A stretch of DNA of 54,750 nucleotides, from positions 1 through 54,750 of IMG/VR virus record IMGVR_UViG_3300022562_001966. One strand, 5' to 3'. This document shows positions 18,407-25,709 of the stretch, piece by piece. The notes beneath the pieces were generated by a model. It saw only the letters and a list, made by a program, of their open reading frames with translations, was not told where the DNA came from and did no database searches. Numbering within the stretch: position 1 is the stretch's first letter; every line of letters begins with the position of its first letter. A program made the position numbers and the translations under genes. Source of the DNA: a virus. Lineage: Duplodnaviria > Caudoviricetes.

Positions 18407-18435
18407 ATCTTAGGATCAATTAGAGCTAATTGCAA
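18407..18435 (-). promoter_or_regulatory. sigma70 promoter with palindromic operator
   Basis: TTGCAA-N17-TAAGAT; CAATTAG-CT-CTAATTG at 18417-18432; 20 bp identical to the 17448 site. Confidence 0.75.
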
Positions 18436-18552
18436 GCAGCAGAAGTTAAAATAACTGACTATTTTTCATGCTGACTAAAATCTAATCCAATTAGGCGATA
18501 TCCTTAATTGACTTCGGCAAACCATCTATAATTAAGCGATGGCCCGAATGTC

Positions 18553-18999
18553 ATGGATGGACAAAAAATGAGCATGATCACTAGAACAAAAGAACGGATT
18601 AAAAAAGACGAGGGATTGCGTCTGCGAATTTATAAATGCAGTCAGGGGAAACTCACGATTGGTTATGGATTTAATCTGAGTGACAACCCGATCACGACAC
18701 ACGTTGCTGAAATGCTCTTTAACGATCAGTTTAACAAAAACCTGATCCCGACCATGCAATTTGCCGGAGACACTTGGAATGTGCTTTCTGAAGTTCGACA
18801 GGGGGTATTGCTGAACATGTGCTACCAACTGGGCGCTGAAAAATTGTTCGGCTTTAAGCAAATGAGATCGGCATTGATGGAACTTGAATATGACAAGGCC
18901 GCTGACGAAATGATTGATAGCCTGTGGTATCAGCAAACCCCAAAAAGGGCTGGCAGATTAGCGGCTGAAATGCGACTGGGATTTGAGGCAAAAGAGTGA
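18553..18999 (+). CDS. Endolysin, T4-like lysozyme (GH24)
   Basis: IKKDEGLRLRIYKCSQGKLTIGYGFNL catalytic motif; AADEMIDSLWYQQTPKRA. Confidence 0.92.
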   Translation: MDGQKMSMITRTKERIKKDEGLRLRIYKCSQGKLTIGYGFNLSDNPITTHVAEMLFNDQFNKNLIPTMQFAGDTWNVLSEVRQGVLLNMCYQLGAEKLFGFKQMRSALMELEYDKAADEMIDSLWYQQTPKRAGRLAAEMRLGFEAKE

Positions 19000-19100
19000 A
19001 AAAGGACTATAGAAAGAAGCTATCAAGAAACGATGAGATTGTACTTTTTTTAATCGGCTTAATTGCGATTTTTGGGATTGCGCTGATTACGATTTTTTGA
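18996..19100 (+). CDS. 34-aa single-TM peptide, not in the ORF track
   Basis: GTGA overlap with the endolysin stop; MKKDYRKKLSRNDEIVLFLIGLIAIFGIALITIF. Confidence 0.5.
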   Translation: MKKDYRKKLSRNDEIVLFLIGLIAIFGIALITIF

Positions 19101-19156
19101 ATAATTTCTCAAAACCCCTGCTTGACTTAAATTCAATCGATTCCATTGCTAATTAA

Positions 19157-19418
19157 TCTGGGGAAACTAGCCTTGACTTTTCCCCCAGATTTTCCCAGAC
19201 TTACCTACAGGCCGCATAACTCGGGGGGATTTGGCGGAGAGGGAGATTTCCACACCCCATTGATTTGCGCCTATAGTGTCACCATCTAGCTTAAAATGCA
19301 CTCTTTTTTTTAGTTTGGTGTCATTTAAAGGATTGCTTTATGATACTTTATAAAGCTAATTGATGCTTTATGAGGCTTTTAAAAGCATTATAGATATTTT
19401 CCCCAAATTTTCCCCAAA
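19157..19418. other. attP: attP site; core TGGCGGAGAGGGAG (19232-19245) equals the reverse complement of a tRNA-Ser 3' end
   Basis: Minus strand CTCCCTCTCCGCCA; arm-type TTTTCCCCA(G/A)A repeats at 19157-19199 and 19397-19418; adjacent integrase. Confidence 0.8.
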
Positions 19419-19427
19419 GGTTAAATT

Positions 19428-20789
19428 ATGGCTCAAAAATTAAAATGGAAAGTTGATTCACAAAGTCAAATTAACAAAACCCTCGCCCAATTCATTCAAA
19501 TGGAGCTAACTATCGGCAATGGATTGTATTTAAAAACTAACAGTACAGGATCAGGAAATTGGATTTTCAAAAAGACGATCAAAGGGAAAAAAGTAAGAGA
19601 AAATTTTGGCAAAGCCGAAGATATCCCTTTGCAATTGGCCAAAAAATCAACAGAAACTCTGATAAAAAAAATTAAGTCTTTAACTGAAAATGATAGTGAA
19701 GTTGTATTAGGAAATCACAAAATTCGCTCGACAACATATTTCGATGTATATCGTGAATACATCGAAATGAAGTCTAATGAATGGAAGGTTAGAGAAGGCA
19801 AAAAAAAATCTAAAAGTTTAATAAGATGGGAAGGCATTCACAGAGATTACATATTACCAAAAATTGGCAATATGAATCCGCAAAACCTAACTCAAGATGA
19901 TTTCCTTGAAATACTAAAGCCTCTATGGGAAACAAAAAACGAAACGGCAATCAAAACGAAGCAATGCCTGAAGCAAGTTTTAACGTATGCAAAAGCAAAA
20001 AAAATCATTGACATTGATTTACAGATTTTAACTGATCGGGAATATTCGCTAATATTATTAGGAGAAAAAAAGGAACCAGAAAGCTTTGCATCCCTGCATT
20101 TTAGTGAAGTCAACGATTTCTGGATTGCCACAAATAAAAATGAACTTTCATTTAGTAATCTTGCTTTACAGTTTTTAATTCTGACTGGTTTTAGAACAAT
20201 GGAAGTCGCGCAAATGAAATGGAAATGGTTGAGAACCAGAATTATTGATCATGACACAAATGAAGAAGCAACATTTATAGAACTACCGAAACACATATCA
20301 AAAACAGAAGAGTCTTATCTCGTTCCCTGTACATCAGAAATCAAAAAAATTTTGCAACAAGCTATTTGTTTGAGAAAAAAACACAAAAAGCTAAAGCAAA
20401 ATAGTGAATATATTTTTCTCTCGCCATATTCAAACAATCTTGGTAGACAAGAATTTCTTTCTGAAAATGCCATTTTACTTCGAATCAATAAAATGCATAA
20501 AAATAAACTTAAACTCGATAATGTTGGCTGGATAGATCAATATCAGGAAAGGAAAATAACTGGTCATGGTTTTCGCTCAACTTTCAGGACTTTTGGTGGG
20601 GAAAAAACCAACTATGATGAACGATTTTTAGAAGCATGTATAAATCACAGTAAAGATGGAATTTCTAGCGTATATGATCGTGGTAATATGCTTGTTCAAA
20701 AAGTCGATCTGTTTAAAAAATGGACAGAATACGTGACAAAAAAAACTGTAAATACCGACTCGTTTGAGATTAAAGATTTAACGCCATAA
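19428..20789 (+). CDS. int: Tyrosine integrase, P4-like
   Basis: Arm-binding N-terminus (GLYLK...WIF); TGFR, HGFRSTF, INH and VYDR catalytic residues. Confidence 0.95.
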   Translation: MAQKLKWKVDSQSQINKTLAQFIQMELTIGNGLYLKTNSTGSGNWIFKKTIKGKKVRENFGKAEDIPLQLAKKSTETLIKKIKSLTENDSEVVLGNHKIRSTTYFDVYREYIEMKSNEWKVREGKKKSKSLIRWEGIHRDYILPKIGNMNPQNLTQDDFLEILKPLWETKNETAIKTKQCLKQVLTYAKAKKIIDIDLQILTDREYSLILLGEKKEPESFASLHFSEVNDFWIATNKNELSFSNLALQFLILTGFRTMEVAQMKWKWLRTRIIDHDTNEEATFIELPKHISKTEESYLVPCTSEIKKILQQAICLRKKHKKLKQNSEYIFLSPYSNNLGRQEFLSENAILLRINKMHKNKLKLDNVGWIDQYQERKITGHGFRSTFRTFGGEKTNYDERFLEACINHSKDGISSVYDRGNMLVQKVDLFKKWTEYVTKKTVNTDSFEIKDLTP

Positions 20790-20819
20790 TGTCGCTTTGA
20801 AAAATAGCTCATAGTGGCC

Positions 20820-20859
20820 TTAAATGACACTACACAAAGCTTTATGTAGTGTCATTTAA
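20820..20859. promoter_or_regulatory. 15-bp perfect inverted repeat upstream of the excisionase
   Basis: TTAAATGACACTACA-N10-TGTAGTGTCATTTAA. Confidence 0.6.
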
Positions 20860-20876
20860 CAACAAAAGGTTAAATC

Positions 20877-21068
20877 ATGTTTCAAGATCAAGATTTTATC
20901 CGCCGTGTTGACCTCGCCGCTGAATGGAAAGTTTCTTTAGCCACTATTGATAGGTGGTCAAGAATCGACCCATTATTCCCGCGTAAAATTAAGATAAATA
21001 GCCGTGTGGTAGGCTATCGAAAATCACTAGCCGAAGCTTGGCGCAAAAATAAATTCAAATCAAACTGA
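20877..21068 (+). CDS. alpA: AlpA-family excisionase / regulator
   Basis: VSLATIDRW...FPRKIKINSRVVGY; directly after int. Confidence 0.88.
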   Translation: MFQDQDFIRRVDLAAEWKVSLATIDRWSRIDPLFPRKIKINSRVVGYRKSLAEAWRKNKFKSN

Positions 21069-21125
21069 TAGATGAATCGCTGCAATGTTGCCAAGAGCTA
21101 TCTTTACACTATAAGATAGCTCTAA

Positions 21126-21755
21126 ATGATAACTACATATCGCTTGGCAATGACTATGGAAATGAAAAGCTCAAAATATAAGCACCCTGATTTTGCACCT
21201 AAATCTATATCCAAAATCACCTTCATCATCTTATCCCATCTTCAAAACACAAATAGCTCAACTTTGAATGAATTCAAAGAGCATAAAGAAGTTCAAAAAT
21301 TAGCCGATTCTTATATTCTATCTAAGACCCTGTCTAACATGCATCAACAAGGCTATTTAATGAAGCAAAATGGTGGCGCTTATAGAAGAAATCCCAATTT
21401 CACATTAGATAAAAGAGGCAAAATAGTCATTGAATCAGTAAATACCGGAATGACCTCTGTTGTTGAAGGCAAGATAAAACCAAAATCCAAAACATTAGCG
21501 AGCAAATCAAAATCCACCGCCAAAAAAAAGAAATCTAAATCCCTGCAAAAACCCCCCTCTTCTGATCTTCAAATCTCCAAACAAGAACAAACCGCTGAAC
21601 TTGATCCAGAACAAATACAACTCGAAATGTATCTTTCAGAAGATGCGAGAGCCTTTGTAAATAATGCTCAAATTATGATCCAAGAAAATTCAGCATACCG
21701 AAAAGCCTTAATCGATATTCACGGCTTGATAGGACGACTATTGAATTTAAAATAA
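21126..21755 (+). CDS. Putative winged-helix DNA-binding protein with Lys/Ser-rich linker
   Basis: ILSKTLSNMHQQGYLMKQNGGAY wing-like segment; basic linker. Confidence 0.55.
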   Translation: MITTYRLAMTMEMKSSKYKHPDFAPKSISKITFIILSHLQNTNSSTLNEFKEHKEVQKLADSYILSKTLSNMHQQGYLMKQNGGAYRRNPNFTLDKRGKIVIESVNTGMTSVVEGKIKPKSKTLASKSKSTAKKKKSKSLQKPPSSDLQISKQEQTAELDPEQIQLEMYLSEDARAFVNNAQIMIQENSAYRKALIDIHGLIGRLLNLK

Positions 21756-21797
21756 ATATTTAGCAGTAGAAGTCAAACCACTCAACATTAAGGACAA

Positions 21798-22142
21798 TTG
21801 ATCATGACTGAGAAAGTAACCCCACTCAAAAAGAAACTTCTATCTGGCAAAAAAGCACTTGGAAATTCGAAATATGGCTTTCGAGAGGTATGTTCAGACT
21901 TACTTAATCAAGCCGGTAAAAAACATATCAAGGCGATAGAAAAAGGTACGTTTTTAAGCCGAAGCACAATCGAAAGAATGATGGAATTGAATGATTGTGA
22001 ATCGGGACAACCGTATAGGCCAAATGCTGATACCTGTGAACGGATAATGCGCTATTTCAATTTCGAAGCTTCATTTAATCAACTTTCAAACATTAAGCCA
22101 CAATATAGAAATCAGGCAAAAAATCCAGAATTAATTGATTAG
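21798..22142 (+). CDS. Putative XRE-like HTH protein
   Basis: IEKGTFLSRSTIERM...PNADTCERIMRYF. Confidence 0.55.
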   Translation: MIMTEKVTPLKKKLLSGKKALGNSKYGFREVCSDLLNQAGKKHIKAIEKGTFLSRSTIERMMELNDCESGQPYRPNADTCERIMRYFNFEASFNQLSNIKPQYRNQAKNPELID

Positions 22143-22618
22143 CTTATAAGGGATTTTGGCGCATATTCAACCAATGTATGATCAAGGCCAGATAATTCTT
22201 GATCAATTATTTCACTGATAATGCGCCAATCCCCGCCCCCTAATCCTGCCCCTATTTTTGGATAAGCGAATCGAAAATTTGGCCCAAAAAAATGACTGTT
22301 TCTGATTTTATTCATTACCTGCTGAATGGCTGAATATTCAACATTGATTTTGCCAGACCCAAAATGATATTGCGTATAAGCATTGACCACAAAAAACTGA
22401 TCATTATTCAAGCCGCAAAGTGCAATTGAAAAATCACCCAGCTTTCTCCAATCACCTCGAATCGTCCTTGCGTCCACTGCTTTAATTTCTGGGAAAGCTT
22501 TACTCAATTGCTTGGCAATTCCAGCGCCCATTGTGTTGAAGCAATTACAACCATGAATGACTACATCAAAATTACCTTGCTTGGCAAGATTGATTAAGCT
22601 GCCTTTAATGACTTTCAT
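22139..22618 (-). CDS. Macrodomain protein (ADP-ribose binding/hydrolase)
   Basis: IHGCNCFNTMGAGIA, NAYTQY, PKIGAGLGGGDW. Confidence 0.92.
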   Translation of the reverse strand: MKVIKGSLINLAKQGNFDVVIHGCNCFNTMGAGIAKQLSKAFPEIKAVDARTIRGDWRKLGDFSIALCGLNNDQFFVVNAYTQYHFGSGKINVEYSAIQQVMNKIRNSHFFGPNFRFAYPKIGAGLGGGDWRIISEIIDQELSGLDHTLVEYAPKSLIS

Positions 22619-22627
22619 TGATCACCT

Positions 22628-22978
22628 TCAATATTGTTGTTTTTTTGAAAACCCCTGACTGATCATTTGTTCGGCAAAATCATCACCATTTGGCAAGGTA
22701 ATGACTGCCGAAAAACGACCATAAATTTGTGGGCGCTTTTTTGATTTAATCACTAAATGAAACTTATTATCAGGGAACAAAAGTAATTTCTCAGCATATT
22801 TTAACGCATCCAATCCATGCTGTTTTTCAGCTTCATTTTTTGGTTTGAATATTTCCGGCGTATCCAAATCATCAACTCTGAAAACTTGAGTTGTGCTGAT
22901 ACCAAAACCCAAATCCAATGTCGCCTCAAATGTATCGCCATCAATGATTCGATCAACTCTGGCTTTGTATAAATACAT
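22628..22978 (-). CDS. Thermonuclease (SNase-like)
   Basis: VDRIIDGDTFEATLDLGF...DTPE...YGR. Confidence 0.88.
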   Translation of the reverse strand: MYLYKARVDRIIDGDTFEATLDLGFGISTTQVFRVDDLDTPEIFKPKNEAEKQHGLDALKYAEKLLLFPDNKFHLVIKSKKRPQIYGRFSAVITLPNGDDFAEQMISQGFSKKQQY

Positions 22979-22989
22979 AAAGCCCCCGA

Positions 22990-23439
22990 TTATCGCTTTC
23001 CAGTGATGGAGTTTGTTTCTACGCCATGAAATTTATCATAAGATCGCATACCAGCCACACCGAGCAATGAAGCGACAATGAACATCAATTCTCCAACATC
23101 CAATGGGTTTGGCATCGGTTCAGTGTATCTGAGAAAATACGCCACCCAGACTGCTACTTGATGCACAATGCCAGTAAAGCCAAGTGAAATTGCGCCCATC
23201 CAGATAATAGCTGGCCTTGCACCGGCAACAAATAAATCTTTATGTTGCGCCTGAACTTTGTTCACATCGATTTGAGCAAGCATTAATTGCACCTGAAGAT
23301 TCAATGCTTGCAAATCGCCAGATTGCTTTAACTCTTCTAATTTTGCCAATTGCTGTAAACGGGAATCGGCATCTGGCCAGATTTTTTCAATGGCCGATTT
23401 GCCGATTTCGAATATTGCTGTGATGGGATCAATAGCCAT
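22990..23439 (-). CDS. Holin, 3TM (GTA holin-like)
   Basis: QIDVNKVQAQH..LFVAGARPAIIW...LLGVAGMRSYDK. Confidence 0.85.
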   Translation of the reverse strand: MAIDPITAIFEIGKSAIEKIWPDADSRLQQLAKLEELKQSGDLQALNLQVQLMLAQIDVNKVQAQHKDLFVAGARPAIIWMGAISLGFTGIVHQVAVWVAYFLRYTEPMPNPLDVGELMFIVASLLGVAGMRSYDKFHGVETNSITGKR

Positions 23440-23526
23440 AAAGGGGCATTCCTTTGCTGTAATTCAGCCATCCTTGACTGAATGAGGATTTAACAACGTA
23501 CCCTCAAATTATAGCGGCTGATTTGT

Positions 23527-24012
23527 TTATGGCTGGATTTTATTCAATTGACCTGCTTCGAGAATGGGCAATCCAGCTTCAGTAGGAATATAAATTCTTT
23601 CACCTGCCTGACTCTGTATATTTTTTATCCAAAGATAACGCAGGTATTCTGAATTACCTTTCAATGATTGTCCAATGATTTGATTGGCCTCTGCCGTTGC
23701 TTTTGCCCTTAATATATCCACCTGATTTTCAGCTTCGGCCTCAATCACCATTGCACTACCCTTTGCCTGAGCCAATGTGATTCTAGCCTCTGCTGTCATT
23801 AACGCGGCCTCTTCTTTGGCTCTGGCATCTTCAATTTGTATTTTCTTTGACCATTCCGCTTCTTTCAACATGGCCTTACCGCGCATTTCTTTTGCATACT
23901 GATTATATATTGGGTACAAATACATCAACAAGCCAATAAACAAAAAACACAAGATGCTACCTGCCAAAAATCCCATCCAAGAATTATCATTGTTGCGATT
24001 GTTTCTGTTCAT
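23527..24012 (-). CDS. Membrane-anchored SPFH/band-7-related coiled-coil protein
   Basis: N-terminal TM; YLRYLWI...IYIPTEAGLPILEAG. Confidence 0.7.
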   Translation of the reverse strand: MNRNNRNNDNSWMGFLAGSILCFLFIGLLMYLYPIYNQYAKEMRGKAMLKEAEWSKKIQIEDARAKEEAALMTAEARITLAQAKGSAMVIEAEAENQVDILRAKATAEANQIIGQSLKGNSEYLRYLWIKNIQSQAGERIYIPTEAGLPILEAGQLNKIQP

Positions 24013-24247
24013 TATTCATCCTTTTTCGCTCGTAATAAGTTAACAGCGTATCAATGATTGCATCCAATTCATCCAGAGTCGGATTAAAATGCGTATCATT
24101 GATTGCAAAGGATAGCTTGTTTTTGGCGCGGTAATGTTGAATCTGAAAATTAGTATGAGGGGTTTTGATTTCTAGAAGCTTCAAATAATTGGAAGGCGTT
24201 AAGCGTTCACCCATATCAATCATCATCCTCCTTTTGGATTTTGTCAT
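23987..24247 (-). CDS. Hypothetical protein
   Basis: 86 aa in the overlapping late chain. Confidence 0.55.
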   Translation of the reverse strand: MTKSKRRMMIDMGERLTPSNYLKLLEIKTPHTNFQIQHYRAKNKLSFAINDTHFNPTLDELDAIIDTLLTYYERKRMNNEQKQSQQ

Positions 24248-24608
24248 ATAAAATGGTTTGCCGATTAACCAAATAATCGTATTTATGATAAAAATCCTGT
24301 CTGATTTCAGAAAGACGAAAATTCAAATCCTTCTTTAATTCATCGCGCATCATATAGACCTCGGATTTGTGAATGTAATTTTTTTCTAACTCAGAAATTC
24401 TAGATTCAAGTTTATCCCTATCTCTATCCAAACGCCTTATCCACTGTTCGGCATCACCTGATTTCATCGCTTTTGATTCCAAGCCTCGAACATCTTTTTG
24501 CAAAGACTCACGATCAGAATCGATTCTGGCTATCCATCGCTGAGCAAAAAACATGAGAGTTGTGACAATGCCGAAAAATAACCAAGGGAAAAATTCTTTG
24601 TATTCCAT
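24216..24608 (-). CDS. N-terminal TM plus coiled-coil protein (lysis accessory candidate)
   Basis: TM WLFFGIVTTLMFFA; internal repeat RWIARIDSDRE / QWIRRLDRDRD. Confidence 0.65.
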   Translation of the reverse strand: MEYKEFFPWLFFGIVTTLMFFAQRWIARIDSDRESLQKDVRGLESKAMKSGDAEQWIRRLDRDRDKLESRISELEKNYIHKSEVYMMRDELKKDLNFRLSEIRQDFYHKYDYLVNRQTILYDKIQKEDDD

Positions 24609-25460
24609 TTATGATCGAGTCCAACGCTCAACAAAAGGCGTACTAGGAGTTGAAAACAGTACAATTAAATCATTAGCTGCTGACTCATACGCAATAAAAG
24701 GGCCGGATTGTGACCCCCTAGCCATTTGAAATAATTTACTCTGATACAAAAACGTATAAGTAGAGAAGTTAAAAGCAGAACCTAAGCTTACTTCATATAT
24801 ATAATTCCAGTCTCGATCATTATCAAAACCTGCCAAAAATAAAGTTAAACCATCTGGAGTCATATCAAAATCTGAAGCGAAAAAATTCGCTGTATTTGGC
24901 ATAGTTAAAACATAATGGTTAAATGGAGAAGAAATAGTTGTATCAACACGATAAGGGGTTGATACATTATAAACATCAATTTCAATAGTATTAAAAAATG
25001 TTAGCCTAAGACAAACAAGTTTTGTTCCATTATTAAAGAACTTCCCTGTTTTTACTGATCCCGAAGGGGCAAAATAATATCCTAAATCCTCAGATACAAC
25101 CCACGAATAAGTCCAAAAAAAATTATTTGTTAAATCAAAAGTCATGGCATTATTGTTAGACTGACTTACCCAAAGTCCAGAAGGATTATCTAAGATAATA
25201 TCAATCCCGCCTGAGCCAGAAAAATTTGATAACACAACTTGTTGCGGCGAACCTGAAGTTGGCAAATTACAAGTTGCATGATGGCTACCATACGGGCTAC
25301 CAACTACTCTGATAAAATGTGCAGCCGTTCCCTTTCTAGCCAAACCTCTGAGATTATAACTTGAATTAAAATAATTATGAGTCTGATAAATCAGATTACT
25401 AGGCAGAAGCGATAAATCAACCCCTGCCTGACTAGCAACTATGCCCGGAATAATGGCCAT
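24609..25460 (-). CDS. Putative receptor-binding tip protein (beta-propeller-like)
   Basis: MAIIPGIVASQ N-terminal peptide; FNNGTKL and MTPDGLTLFLAG blade-like motifs; follows the fibre. Confidence 0.55.
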   Translation of the reverse strand: MAIIPGIVASQAGVDLSLLPSNLIYQTHNYFNSSYNLRGLARKGTAAHFIRVVGSPYGSHHATCNLPTSGSPQQVVLSNFSGSGGIDIILDNPSGLWVSQSNNNAMTFDLTNNFFWTYSWVVSEDLGYYFAPSGSVKTGKFFNNGTKLVCLRLTFFNTIEIDVYNVSTPYRVDTTISSPFNHYVLTMPNTANFFASDFDMTPDGLTLFLAGFDNDRDWNYIYEVSLGSAFNFSTYTFLYQSKLFQMARGSQSGPFIAYESAANDLIVLFSTPSTPFVERWTRS

Positions 25461-25684
25461 TACGCGGGTTCATTCTCTTTTTCAGATTTTTTCGCTTGTT
25501 CTGCTTTCATGGCCAACCTTTGATCATCCATTTGCTTTTGAATTTCCTGTGCTTGTTGATTGACCTGTGACGCTAAATCATCAATTAATTCTCGAACTTC
25601 AGAATGCGGCCTTGTATCCAATAATTGCAGAATATATCTGGCTGTATTCAACGTCATTTTCAGTGAAAAATTTTTATCTTCCAT
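25460..25684 (-). CDS. Small fibre-associated protein (possible chaperone)
   Basis: 74 aa; ILQLLDTRPHSEVRELIDDL; directly after the fibre gene. Confidence 0.65.
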   Translation of the reverse strand: MEDKNFSLKMTLNTARYILQLLDTRPHSEVRELIDDLASQVNQQAQEIQKQMDDQRLAMKAEQAKKSEKENEPA

Positions 25685-25709
25685 TTTACATTCCTTCGCT
25701 GTTTATTTA

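Noticed and set aside
17408-18435. Called starts at 17479 and 18435
   Set aside because: Both extensions run through promoter/operator sequence; RBS-supported ATGs are at 17407 and 18375
19215-19300. Complete tRNA-Ser gene
   Set aside because: Only the last 14 nt match; no T-loop consensus or cloverleaf upstream, so it is treated as the att core
379-21775. GCAG(T/C)AGAAGT seen in three intergenic spots (about 379, 18436, 21763)
   Set aside because: Short, with inconsistent orientation and spacing relative to genes; may be chance
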